From Longimicrobiales bacterium (lineage in GTDB: Bacteria > Gemmatimonadota > Gemmatimonadetes > Longimicrobiales > Gaopeijiaceae): DNA of 64,000 bases. Position 1 is the stretch's first letter; every line of letters starts with the position of its first letter. Of this stretch, positions 49,096 to 58,705 are shown in pieces. Under the pieces are notes generated by a model. It was not told where the DNA came from. It made no database searches and saw nothing but the letters and a program-made list of their open reading frames with translations. The stretch spans positions 1,408,001-1,472,000 of the forward strand of contig CBDFIQ010000002.1 of assembly GCA_965248195.1 (NCBI GenBank). The letters are read 5' to 3'. A program made the position numbers and the translations under genes.

Positions 49096-50667
49096 ATGGA
49101 CCCGCTGGTTGTTGTACTGGCGGCGGCTGTGGCGTTGCTCTTTGGAGCCGTGGGATTTATCCGCCGCGGTTCGGTGGAGCGATCGCGTCAAGAAAAAGCT
49201 GTGGGCGCCGCCGCGGATGAGGCTTCTGTAATCTTGGCCCGTGCCCGGGAAGAGTCGGACAACTTACGCACGTCCCGTGTGCTCGAGGGCAAAGAGCAAG
49301 TCATGCGGCTTCGAGAGACCTGGGAGCAGGAAGAAGCCAAGCACCGCGAGGACCTCGAGAGGGCCGACGAACGGATTTCGGAGCGGTCGAGCGCCCTGGA
49401 CCGCCGCTTCCACAATCTCAACGAGCGGGAGTCCGCTCAGGAGAAGCGTGCGAAGGAGTTGGAGGTGCGCACGGAGGCGCTCACCACCCAAACCCTGGAT
49501 CTGGAGAAGGATCGGGAGCGCGCTCGCGCCAAACTCGAGTCCGTTTCTGGGCTCTCCCCGGCGGAGGCCAAAAAGGAGCTCCTGGAGGATCTGCAGGACG
49601 AGGCCCGGGCCGAAGCAGCGAATACGCTTCGCGAGATCAAGGAAGAAGCCCAACGGACGGCCGACCGTGAGGCCAAGAAAATTCTGGGGCTGGCCATCCA
49701 GCGCATGGCGGCCGATCAGACGGCCGAAATGACCGTCTCGGTCGTGCAGCTTCCCTCCGACGAAATGAAGGGCCGGATCATCGGCCGGGAGGGTCGGAAC
49801 ATTCGCTCCTTCGAGCAGGCCACCGGGATCGACGTCATCATCGACGACACGCCCGAGGCCGTGGTCCTTTCCGGCTTCGATCCGGTCCGCCGGGAGGTGG
49901 CGCGTATCGCACTCGGACGGCTGATCGAGGATGGCCGCATCCATCCGGGTCGCATCGAGGAGGTGGTCGAAAAGAGCCGTCAGGAAATCGAGGAGTCCAT
50001 GGTCCAGGCGGCCGAGGAGGTGCTGTACGAGCTCGGCATCCACAACGTGCATCAGGAGATCGTCAGGACTCTGGGGCGACTCAAGTTCCGGACCTCCTAC
50101 GGCCAGAATCAGCTCCAGCACGCCAAGGAAGTCGCCCAGTTGGCCGGGAGCATGGCCGCGGAGATGGGTCTCGACGTCCAGGAAGCGAAACGTGCCGGGG
50201 TGCTTCACGACGTCGGCAAGGGACTCACGCACGAGCACGAGGGCACGCACGTCGAGCTTGGCTATCGCCTGTGCAAAAAGCACAAGGAGACCGAGATCGT
50301 GCTCAACGCCATCAGGGCCCATCACGACGAAGAGCCCCACTACTTTCCGGAGACTTTCCTGGTCACGGCCGGGGACGCCATCTCAGGCTCGCGTCCGGGG
50401 GCGCGGCGAGAAATGTTCGAGGGGTACGTCAAGCGGCTCGAGAAGCTCGAAGAGTTGGCGATGGAGCACCCGGGGGTCGAGCGCTGCTTTGCCATTCAGG
50501 CCGGTCGGGAGATCCGAGTGATGGTCGAGCCCGAGAAGGTGGGGGACCAGGAGATGGCTCAGATTTCCGAGCTCGTGGCCCGACGCATCGAGAGTGAGCT
50601 CCAATATCCTGGGCAGATCAAGGTGGTCGTGATACGGGAGACCCGTGCGGTGGATTTCGCACGGTAG
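49096..50667 (+). CDS. rny: Ribonuclease Y
   Basis: N-terminal TM, coiled coil, KH (KGRIIGREGRNI), HD (LHDVGK), DAISGSRPGAR. Confidence 0.97.
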   Translation: MDPLVVVLAAAVALLFGAVGFIRRGSVERSRQEKAVGAAADEASVILARAREESDNLRTSRVLEGKEQVMRLRETWEQEEAKHREDLERADERISERSSALDRRFHNLNERESAQEKRAKELEVRTEALTTQTLDLEKDRERARAKLESVSGLSPAEAKKELLEDLQDEARAEAANTLREIKEEAQRTADREAKKILGLAIQRMAADQTAEMTVSVVQLPSDEMKGRIIGREGRNIRSFEQATGIDVIIDDTPEAVVLSGFDPVRREVARIALGRLIEDGRIHPGRIEEVVEKSRQEIEESMVQAAEEVLYELGIHNVHQEIVRTLGRLKFRTSYGQNQLQHAKEVAQLAGSMAAEMGLDVQEAKRAGVLHDVGKGLTHEHEGTHVELGYRLCKKHKETEIVLNAIRAHHDEEPHYFPETFLVTAGDAISGSRPGARREMFEGYVKRLEKLEELAMEHPGVERCFAIQAGREIRVMVEPEKVGDQEMAQISELVARRIESELQYPGQIKVVVIRETRAVDFAR

Positions 50668-50710
50668 ATCGATTTCGCGCCGCAAAGGGCAACTCTTGAG
50701 GGGAACCTGA

Positions 50711-51604
50711 ATGACCGCTGAAGTCATATCGGGGAAGGACATGGCGGCGTCGATCCGCGAAGAGGTCAAGGAGCGGATCGCGTCGTTGAAGGAGTCGGGC
50801 CTCACACCCGGCTTGGCCGTGGTTCTGGTCGGCGAGGATCCGGCCAGTCAAGCCTATGTCGCGATGAAGAACAAGGACGCGACGGAGGTCGGGATCCACT
50901 CACGTCAGATCACGTTGCCGGAGGAGACCTCGGAAGAGGAGCTTCTGGGGGTGGTGGCGGGACTCAACGCCGATCCAGAGATTCACGGCGTCCTGGTGCA
51001 GCTTCCGCTGCCCGATCAGATCGACGAGACCAAGATTCTTTTGGCGGTCGATCCGAGCAAGGATGTAGATGGGTTCCATCCGGTGAACGTGGGCCGGCTC
51101 GCATCAGGCGATCCGGACGTTCTGGTTCCCTGCACGCCGGCGGGGGTGGTCCAGATGCTGCTTCGGAGCGGGCACGACCCGGGGGGGAAGCACGTGGTCG
51201 TCGTAGGGCGCTCGAACATCGTAGGCCGGCCGACGGCAGCGCTCCTGTTGCGCAAGGCGCCGGGCGGGAACGCCACCGTGACCGTGGCGCACAGCCGCAC
51301 GCCCGACCTCGGTTCAGTGACGCGCGAGGCGGACATTCTGATCGTAGCCATCGGGCAGCCCGATTTTCTTCGGGCGGATATGGTGAAACCCGGCGCCGTG
51401 GTCATCGACGTGGGCATTACCCGGGTGCCGGACGAGACCCGGGAGCGGGGTTACCGGTTCACCGGGGATGTTGACTACGACGAAGTCAAGGAAGTCGCCG
51501 CGGCGATCAGCCCGGTCCCGTTGGGAGTGGGTCCCATGACCCGGGCCATGTTGCTCTCGAATACGGTGGAGGCGGCGGTCCGGTCGGCGGCGGCCGAAGG
51601 TTAG
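50711..51604 (+). CDS. folD: Bifunctional methylenetetrahydrofolate dehydrogenase/cyclohydrolase
   Basis: [33 protein letters not shown]. Confidence 0.97.
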   Translation: MTAEVISGKDMAASIREEVKERIASLKESGLTPGLAVVLVGEDPASQAYVAMKNKDATEVGIHSRQITLPEETSEEELLGVVAGLNADPEIHGVLVQLPLPDQIDETKILLAVDPSKDVDGFHPVNVGRLASGDPDVLVPCTPAGVVQMLLRSGHDPGGKHVVVVGRSNIVGRPTAALLLRKAPGGNATVTVAHSRTPDLGSVTREADILIVAIGQPDFLRADMVKPGAVVIDVGITRVPDETRERGYRFTGDVDYDEVKEVAAAISPVPLGVGPMTRAMLLSNTVEAAVRSAAAEG

Positions 51605-51634
51605 AGTGGACATCACACTGAACACGGGACCACG

Positions 51635-52831
51635 ATGACCGAGCCGCGCGTCTGGAGCGTCACGCAAGTCAACCGAGCGGTGCGGGTCCTGCTCGAGGAC
51701 ACCATCGAGAGTCTCTGGATCAGCGGCGAAGTTGCCAATTGGACCCGTGCCCGGTCCGGGCATTGCTACTTCTCGCTCAAGGACGAACGAGCGCAACTCC
51801 GGTGCGTGATGTTCAAGGACGGGGCGGCGAGCCTTCCTGCCGATCCGGAAGAGGGCACGACCGTGAGGGCCCTCGGCGGGCTCACGCTGTACGAGGCCCG
51901 TGGGGAGTATCAACTCGTGGTTCGGCGCCTAGAGGCGGAGGGAGCCGAGGGGCTCTGGCGTCAGGCGTTCGAGCGGCTGCGTTCGAAGCTCGAGGCCGAG
52001 GGCCTGCTCGCTGCTGAGCGGAAGCGCGCGCTGCCGCGCTTTCCCGAGGCCGTTGGCGTCGTCACGTCGCTGGTGGGTGCGGCGCTCGCCGACATTTTGA
52101 CCGTCATCCGCCGCCGAGCCCCCTGGACGCGTGTGATCGTGAGAGGCGCGTGCGTGCAGGGCGAGGGCTCGGGCGAGGAGGTCGCCGAGGCGATTCGGGC
52201 TCTCGGAGGCAGTGGCCTGGTGGATGTGTTGATCGTCGGGCGGGGTGGGGGATCGCTCGAGGACCTTTGGGCGTTCAACGAAGAGGTGGTAGCTCGCGCG
52301 ATCGTCGCCTGCCCGGTCCCGGTGATCTCGGCCGTGGGGCACGAAGTCGACGTGACCATCTCCGATCTGGTGGCCGATGTCCGAGCTCCCACACCGTCTG
52401 CGGGGGCGGAAGCCGTGGTGAAGGACGGCGATGGGTTGGCCGATGCCCTGGGGATTTCCCGCAACCGAATGAGCGGGGCCCTACGAGCCATCGCCTCCCG
52501 CCGCCGGGAGGTGCTCGGCTTGCGTCTGAGTCAGCTCCGGCTTTCCGGCGTGGGCTTGGTACGGCCACGGCGCGAGGCGGTGGATCGGGCAGGAGACCGC
52601 ATGGAGTCGGCGATCCGGGGGTTGGCGACGCTCAAGAGAGCCCGCCTTACCGAAGTCGCCGGGAAGATGGATGTACTCTCACCACTGGCGACGCTTCGCC
52701 GCGGGTACGCCCTCCCTGAGGACGCGGACGGGAGGATCCTGCGGACCGTCGAAGCGTTCACGGAAGGCGATCGGTTCTCCCTCCGTGTCTGGGACGGGTC
52801 GGTGCCGTGTGAAGTACGGGGTGGATCGTGA
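51635..52831 (+). CDS. xseA: Exodeoxyribonuclease VII large subunit
   Basis: SGHCYFSLKD, RGGGSLEDLWAFN, SAVGHEVD, RAPTPSA. Confidence 0.97.
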   Translation: MTEPRVWSVTQVNRAVRVLLEDTIESLWISGEVANWTRARSGHCYFSLKDERAQLRCVMFKDGAASLPADPEEGTTVRALGGLTLYEARGEYQLVVRRLEAEGAEGLWRQAFERLRSKLEAEGLLAAERKRALPRFPEAVGVVTSLVGAALADILTVIRRRAPWTRVIVRGACVQGEGSGEEVAEAIRALGGSGLVDVLIVGRGGGSLEDLWAFNEEVVARAIVACPVPVISAVGHEVDVTISDLVADVRAPTPSAGAEAVVKDGDGLADALGISRNRMSGALRAIASRRREVLGLRLSQLRLSGVGLVRPRREAVDRAGDRMESAIRGLATLKRARLTEVAGKMDVLSPLATLRRGYALPEDADGRILRTVEAFTEGDRFSLRVWDGSVPCEVRGGS

Positions 52832-53100
52832 CGACCAAGAAAGATGGGGAGCCTGACGCTTTGGGGGATGACAAGACCACTCCATCTCTGGAGGAGCGGC
52901 TGAAACGCCTCGAAGAGATCGTGCGATCCCTCGAGGCTGCCGACCTCGATATGGACGCAGCCCTCGGGTTGTTCGAGGAGGGCGTCGAGCACGTGCGCGG
53001 CGCCGAAGCGACGCTCCGTGTCGCCGAACTCAAGGTGGAGGAGCTCCTCGGCCCAGAGGAGGATCCCGTTATCCGGCCGCTGGAGGAAGATCCGGAGTGA
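52828..53100 (+). CDS. xseB: Exodeoxyribonuclease VII small subunit
   Basis: LEERLKRLEEIVRSLE, LFEEG, AELKV. Confidence 0.93.
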   Translation: MTTKKDGEPDALGDDKTTPSLEERLKRLEEIVRSLEAADLDMDAALGLFEEGVEHVRGAEATLRVAELKVEELLGPEEDPVIRPLEEDPE

Positions 53101-54011
53101 CCACCGGCCGTTCCGCCATCGACCTCGAAGCGCTTCTCCGCGACGAAAGGGTGGAGGTGGAGCGGGCGCTCGAACGTGCCTGCGAGTGGCTGAGCGACGA
53201 GCTCCCCGACGAGCTGTTCCAACCGGCCCGCCACGCGGTGCTCAGCGGGGGAAAACGCCTTCGCCCCGTCATGTGCGTGGTCGCGTACCGGGCATGCGGC
53301 GGGGGCACGGGGCCCGCGGTATACGATCTCGGCGCCGCGATCGAGTTGATTCACGCGTATTCACTCATGCACGACGACCTCCCCTGTATGGACGACGCTG
53401 CTCTTCGCAGAGGCCAGCCGACGCCGCACACGCTCTTCGGGGAGGAGGCCACGGCTCGAGCCGGGCTTGCGTTGATTCCGGCGGCCTCCCTCTGGGCTCT
53501 TCGAGCGTCGAACGCTTTGGGTGCGGACGACGCCGTTTCCCGGAGGATCGTGAGCCGGTTGAATCGGGCTGCGGGCGCGGGTGGGATGGTCGGTGGACAG
53601 GCGCTCGATCTGTTGGGCGAGGGGCGGCGTCTCGACTCGAACGAGCTCGATCGTCTTCACCGCATGAAGACGGGTGCTCTGCTTACCGCTTCCTTGGTGA
53701 TCGGCGGGATCGCCGCGGGCGCATCCGACACGACCCTCGCCGGGCTCGAGAGCTTCGGCCGTGGCATCGGACTTGCCTTTCAGGTGACTGACGACATTCT
53801 GGACGCGACCGAGGTTGCGGCAGACCTGGGAAAACACCCCAGCGACGACGTGCTCGACAAGAGCACCTACGTGTCGGTGTACGGCCTGGAGGAGGCGATG
53901 AAGAGGGCCCGGGTACACGCGGAGGAGGCGACGGAGGCGCTTCGAGGTGCGGGGGTCGACGCTCCGGCGTTGCGTGCGCTCGCCTCTTACGTAGTGGAGC
54001 GTAGGAAGTAG
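53097..54011 (+). CDS. ispA: Polyprenyl (farnesyl/geranylgeranyl) diphosphate synthase
   Basis: GGKRLRP, SLMHDDLPCMD, RRG, KTGAL, FQVTDDILD; xseB-ispA-dxs order. Confidence 0.92.
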   Translation: MTTGRSAIDLEALLRDERVEVERALERACEWLSDELPDELFQPARHAVLSGGKRLRPVMCVVAYRACGGGTGPAVYDLGAAIELIHAYSLMHDDLPCMDDAALRRGQPTPHTLFGEEATARAGLALIPAASLWALRASNALGADDAVSRRIVSRLNRAAGAGGMVGGQALDLLGEGRRLDSNELDRLHRMKTGALLTASLVIGGIAAGASDTTLAGLESFGRGIGLAFQVTDDILDATEVAADLGKHPSDDVLDKSTYVSVYGLEEAMKRARVHAEEATEALRGAGVDAPALRALASYVVERRK

Positions 54012-54097
54012 ACGAGATGGATTGGGGTCGGGCGTATGGGCGCGTTCGCTTCCAAGCTATCTTAGGGTCTGGTCAATAACGCAGTAGGAGTCGGCCT

Positions 54098-56011
54098 ATG
54101 TCGATCTTGGACCAAATAGACGGACCCGAGGACGTCCGAGGGCTCTCTCGGAAAGAGCTACACGAGTTGGTCGTGGCGTCCCGGGAACGCCACGTAGATG
54201 TGATCTCCAAGGTCGGCGGCCACTTCGGCGGCAGCCTCGGAGTGGTTGAACTCACCGTGGCGCTCCATTACACCTTTGAGACGCCACGCGACAAGCTCAT
54301 CTGGGACACCGGCCACCAGGGCTACATCCACAAGATCCTTACGGGCCGGAACGAACGGCTTTCGACGATCCGCAAGAAGGACGGGTTGGCGCCGTTCCTC
54401 CGGCGTGACGAGTCGGAATACGATCACTTCGGCGCCGGCCACGCGGCCACTTCGATCTCGGCGGCGCTCGGCACCGCGATCGCCCGCGACCTGAACGGCG
54501 ACGACTTCAGCGTGGTGGCCATCATCGGAGATGGGGCGATGGGATCCGGCCTGGCCTACGAGGCCCTCAACAACGCCGGACACACCGACCGGAACCTGAT
54601 CGTCGTCCTGAACGACAACGACCATTCGATTGCGCCCAACGTGGGGGCGATGAACAAGTATTTGACCGGCATGATGACGAACCCGGTCTACAACCGGATC
54701 CGAGAAGAGGTGAAGGACCTGCTCTCGAGGGGTCCGGGCGGCGAGAAGGGGATCATGAGGCGGGTTGTGAGCCGCACGGAAGAGAGTGTGAAGGGCCTCT
54801 TCGTTCCAGGGATGCTCTTCGAGGAGCTCGGGTTCCGCTACATCGGTCCGGTGGACGGGCACGATCTCGACTCACTGGTCGACACCCTGGCCAGGGTCCG
54901 CCGTCTCGACGGTCCGATCCTGGTCCACGTGATCACGCAGAAGGGCAAGGGCTTTTCCCTCGCGGAGGAGAACGCGTACAAGTGGCACGCGGCCGCCCCA
55001 TTCGACAAGATCAGTGGGGAAGCCAAAAAGGAGAGCGGAGGTCTGCCCCGGTACCAGAAGGTTTTCGGCAAGGGGCTCAAGGAGCTGGGTGAACTCGATT
55101 CCCGGGTCGTCGCCTTCACCGCGGGAATGCCGGACGGAACCAGCACCGACATCTTCGGCGACGCCTTCCCAGACCGGTTTTTCGACGTGGGTATCGCGGA
55201 GGGCCACGCCGTCACGGCGGCTGCCGGAATGGCGGCGGTCGGAGGGGTTCGGCCCCTCGTCTGCATCTACTCTACGTTCTTGCAGAGGGCCTTCGACAGC
55301 ATCGTCCACGATGTCGCGCTCCAGGATCTACCGGTCGTTTTTTGTATGGATCGAGCCGGACTCGCGGGCCCCGATGGGCCCACGCACCACGGTGCCTTCG
55401 ACATTCCGTATATGCTACTCGTGCCGGGTATGACAGTGACGGCCCCCAAGAACGGAGCCGAGATGATGGCGCTCGTGCGGCTGGGCATCCAACACGAAGA
55501 CGGCCCGTTCTCCGTGCGCTGGCCGCGAGACGCGGTGCCCGAGGCCGTCCCTCACGTGAGCGAGATTCCGGACGTGGAATACGGGACGTGGGAGATCCTT
55601 CGTCGGGGCTCCGACCTCGCTTTCCTCGCGACTGGAACGATGGTGGGCGCCGCCTCCGAGGCCGCCGAGGCACTGGCTTCCCGCGGCGTTCGGGCGGAAG
55701 TCGTCAACTGCCGTTTCCTGAAACCGTACGATCGCGACGTCCTGAGAGATGTGGCCGGGCGGCACCGGCGCGTGATCACGATCGAGGAAGGGGCCGTGGT
55801 CAACGGGTTCGGCGCCTACATGGTTCGGGAGCTGTCGGCACTCGCGTCGGAGCATACGATCGACGTGCGGTGTCTGGGGCTCCCCGACCGGTTCATCGAG
55901 CACGGCGCGCGCGATGTGCTCCTGCGCGATCTCGGGCTCGACGCGGAGGGAATCACCACGGAGGCCCGCAGGATGTTGGGGGACGTGGTGGCGGCGGCGG
56001 AGTCGGCGTGA
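54098..56011 (+). CDS. dxs: 1-deoxy-D-xylulose-5-phosphate synthase
   Basis: GGHFG, WDTGHQ, GDGA..NDN, GIAEGHAV, YSTFLQRAFD, DGPTHHG. Confidence 0.97.
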   Translation: MSILDQIDGPEDVRGLSRKELHELVVASRERHVDVISKVGGHFGGSLGVVELTVALHYTFETPRDKLIWDTGHQGYIHKILTGRNERLSTIRKKDGLAPFLRRDESEYDHFGAGHAATSISAALGTAIARDLNGDDFSVVAIIGDGAMGSGLAYEALNNAGHTDRNLIVVLNDNDHSIAPNVGAMNKYLTGMMTNPVYNRIREEVKDLLSRGPGGEKGIMRRVVSRTEESVKGLFVPGMLFEELGFRYIGPVDGHDLDSLVDTLARVRRLDGPILVHVITQKGKGFSLAEENAYKWHAAAPFDKISGEAKKESGGLPRYQKVFGKGLKELGELDSRVVAFTAGMPDGTSTDIFGDAFPDRFFDVGIAEGHAVTAAAGMAAVGGVRPLVCIYSTFLQRAFDSIVHDVALQDLPVVFCMDRAGLAGPDGPTHHGAFDIPYMLLVPGMTVTAPKNGAEMMALVRLGIQHEDGPFSVRWPRDAVPEAVPHVSEIPDVEYGTWEILRRGSDLAFLATGTMVGAASEAAEALASRGVRAEVVNCRFLKPYDRDVLRDVAGRHRRVITIEEGAVVNGFGAYMVRELSALASEHTIDVRCLGLPDRFIEHGARDVLLRDLGLDAEGITTEARRMLGDVVAAAESA

Positions 56012-57003
56012 ACCCACGGCCCGCAGCGACCGATGGCGGCGCGGGGATCGTAAAAGGGGACGGCCCGCGGCGTATTGGCGTCATGGGACGCCCACAGCAC
56101 GAGGATGTGCCCGGGTGCGTCGAGCGGTTGGCCAGCTTTGCCCGCGAGCACCAGATCGAGATCTCCTTCGAGGAGCACCTCACTCTGGGAGTGCCTGACG
56201 GCGCCAAGCCCTTGGACCTCAATGCAGACCCGATTGATCTTCTGATCGCGTTGGGCGGGGACGGCACGCTGCTCCGGGCGGGTCGCTCCGTCGCAGGGCG
56301 AGACATCCCTGTTCTCGGCGTGAACCTCGGGCACCTCGGGTTCCTCACCGCTCTTCCGCAGGCGGAGCTCGAGGAGCATCTGGCGTTGGTGTTGAAGGGC
56401 GACTACGTGCTCGATCGCCGATACACCCTGGAGGCATGCATCGTCCATGACGACGGTTCGCAGGGGGAGCCGCTCCGGGCGTGGAACGACTTCGTGATTC
56501 ACAAGCGGGGGGTCGCTCGTGTGACCCGGCTGGACCTACGGATCCAAGAGGGCGCGGCGGGCAGCAAGAACGGAGCGGACGGAGGGAATGGTGGGGACGG
56601 TAAGGACAGGGTGGACGGAGACTGGCAGGACATGGGCAGCTTCTCGGCGGACGGACTGATCGTGGCCACGCCGACGGGGTCGACCGCGTATTCGCTGTCG
56701 GCGGGCGGACCTATCGTCGTGCCTTCGGTCGACTGCTTGATCGTCACGCCCATCTGTCCGCACACGCTGGCTATGCGACCGCTGGTGATTCCGGCGAGCC
56801 AGCGGGTTGCCGTGAGTCCGATCGAACGCACAAAGGACCTGGTGGTCACGGCGGACGGGCAGGTCGCGCACGAATTCGAGACCGGTGCGGAAATCCGAAT
56901 CGGGCGTTCCGAAATCGAAATCCCGCTAGTCCGGTTTGCCGGGCAGAACTTTTTCGGAACGCTGCAGCGCAAGCTCAACTGGGCGGCTCGGCCCTCCGGT
57001 TAG
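56008..57003 (+). CDS. nadK: NAD kinase
   Basis: GGDGT, GVNLGHLGFL, ND, DGLIVATPTGSTAYSLSAGGP; GTG overlapping the dxs stop. Confidence 0.95.
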   Translation: MNPRPAATDGGAGIVKGDGPRRIGVMGRPQHEDVPGCVERLASFAREHQIEISFEEHLTLGVPDGAKPLDLNADPIDLLIALGGDGTLLRAGRSVAGRDIPVLGVNLGHLGFLTALPQAELEEHLALVLKGDYVLDRRYTLEACIVHDDGSQGEPLRAWNDFVIHKRGVARVTRLDLRIQEGAAGSKNGADGGNGGDGKDRVDGDWQDMGSFSADGLIVATPTGSTAYSLSAGGPIVVPSVDCLIVTPICPHTLAMRPLVIPASQRVAVSPIERTKDLVVTADGQVAHEFETGAEIRIGRSEIEIPLVRFAGQNFFGTLQRKLNWAARPSG

Positions 57004-57010
57004 CTTCAGC

Positions 57011-58675
57011 ATGCTCATCGAACTCCGCATTCGGGACTACGCAGTCATCCATGATCTGACCCTTGAACTGGGATCCGGGCTGAGCGCTCTTTCCGGCGAG
57101 ACCGGGGCGGGGAAATCGATCATCGTCGGCGCTCTCTCTCTTCTTTTGGGCGAGCGAGCGTCCAGTGACAGGGTACGGGCCGGCGCGGAGCGGGCGGTGG
57201 TCGAGGCGGTCTTCGATGTGTCAGATCATGTGAAGCTCAGGGCTCACCTGAACGATTTGGGGATCGAGGCCGAGGATGGCTTGTTGATCCTTCGGCGAGA
57301 GGTGGCCGCGGCGGGCCGGAACCGCTCCTGGATCAATGAGTCCCCCACCACGGCCCGGACGGTGGGAGAGCTGGGACGCTTCCTCGTGGATCTGCACGGG
57401 CAGCACGAGCACCAGACCCTCCTGAGGAAGGACACGCAGCGCAGCATCCTGGACGCTTTCGGCGAAGCGGAACGAGAGGCGACTGCAGTGGGGAAGGAGT
57501 TCGAGGGCCTTTCCCGGCAGGAAGCTCGGTTGAAGGAACTTCGGGAGCACCGCCGCGAGCTCGCGAGCCAGGTCGACTTCCTTCGCTTTCAAATCAGCGA
57601 GCTGGATGAGGCGAACGTACAACCCGGTGAGGATGAGGCGCTCGCGGACGAGAGTCGGCGCCTCGAGAACTCCGAGGAGCTTCTCGGCGAGGCCACGAGG
57701 GTCCATGGTGAGCTGTACTCGACGGAGGGTGCGATCACCGAAAAGATTTCCGCTCTGACCCAGACCCTCGCGCGCCTAAAGGATTGGGATTCCTCGCTGG
57801 AGGGACCCCACGAGGAGCTCCAGGAGGCGTATCACGCGCTGGCGGAGGTCGGCCGCGACCTCGGCAACTATGTCGGCACCGTCCGCCATGATCCCGGGCG
57901 GCTCGAGGAAGTCCGTTCGCGGCTCGACCTGATCCACTCGCTCAAGAGGAAGTACGGCCCGACGTCAGAGGACGTCATTGCTGCGCGCGACCGCGTTCGC
58001 GCGGAGCTGAACGAGCTCGAGGACGGGCGCTGGGACGAGGATACACTCGCCGCCGATGTCGAACGCACGCGAGACAGCCTAGTCTCCGCTGCGGCCAGCC
58101 TGAGCAAAAAAAGGCGGGAGGCTGCAACCCGGCTCGAGAAGAAGGTCGAGGCGCTGCTGCCCGGCCTGGGCCTACCGGCGGGGACCTTCGAGGTCCAGAT
58201 GGAGACTCTCCCCGAGGTGGGATCCCATGGAGCCGAGAACGTCGAGTTCCTCGTCTCGCTCAATGCGGGCTTTCCTCCCACCGCGCTCGCAAGGGTGGCC
58301 AGTGGCGGTGAGATGTCGAGGGTCATGCTGGCCTTGAAGGCGATTCTGGCGCAGGTCGATCAGGTACCGACGATGGTCTTCGACGAGATCGATGCCGGCA
58401 TCGGGGGGCAGGTGGCGTCATTGGTTGCGGCCAAGCTGAAGGACGTGGCCCGTTACCATCAGGTATTCGTCGTTACCCATCTTCCGCAGCTCGCCTCTCG
58501 AGCGCACAGGCATTTGCTCGTGGAGAAAAGTGAGGGAAAGGGACTGGCCGCGACGGATGTGAAGGGACTCACGGGCGACGCCCGGGTGCGGGAGATCGCA
58601 CGGATGCTGGGAGGGGATCCCGATTCCGAGACCTCGCGGGACCACGCCAGGGAGCTGCTAGGGGCGGTCGACTAG
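57011..58675 (+). CDS. recN: DNA repair protein RecN
   Basis: GETGAGKS, HGQHEHQ, ASGGEMSR, FDEIDAG, VTHLPQ. Confidence 0.97.
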   Translation: MLIELRIRDYAVIHDLTLELGSGLSALSGETGAGKSIIVGALSLLLGERASSDRVRAGAERAVVEAVFDVSDHVKLRAHLNDLGIEAEDGLLILRREVAAAGRNRSWINESPTTARTVGELGRFLVDLHGQHEHQTLLRKDTQRSILDAFGEAEREATAVGKEFEGLSRQEARLKELREHRRELASQVDFLRFQISELDEANVQPGEDEALADESRRLENSEELLGEATRVHGELYSTEGAITEKISALTQTLARLKDWDSSLEGPHEELQEAYHALAEVGRDLGNYVGTVRHDPGRLEEVRSRLDLIHSLKRKYGPTSEDVIAARDRVRAELNELEDGRWDEDTLAADVERTRDSLVSAAASLSKKRREAATRLEKKVEALLPGLGLPAGTFEVQMETLPEVGSHGAENVEFLVSLNAGFPPTALARVASGGEMSRVMLALKAILAQVDQVPTMVFDEIDAGIGGQVASLVAAKLKDVARYHQVFVVTHLPQLASRAHRHLLVEKSEGKGLAATDVKGLTGDARVREIARMLGGDPDSETSRDHARELLGAVD

Positions 58676-58705
58676 TGTCCTGACACTAGCTGTCCTGACA
58701 CTAGC
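58672..58705. repeat. 2 x 15-bp tgtcctgacactagc between convergent stop codons, with three CTAG sites and a ctagtgtc/gacactag palindrome
   Basis: Read directly. Confidence 0.8.

Noticed and set aside
55342..56007. N-terminal extension of the NAD kinase ORF
   Set aside because: Overlaps dxs out of frame; GTG at 56008 coupled to the dxs stop is the plausible start.
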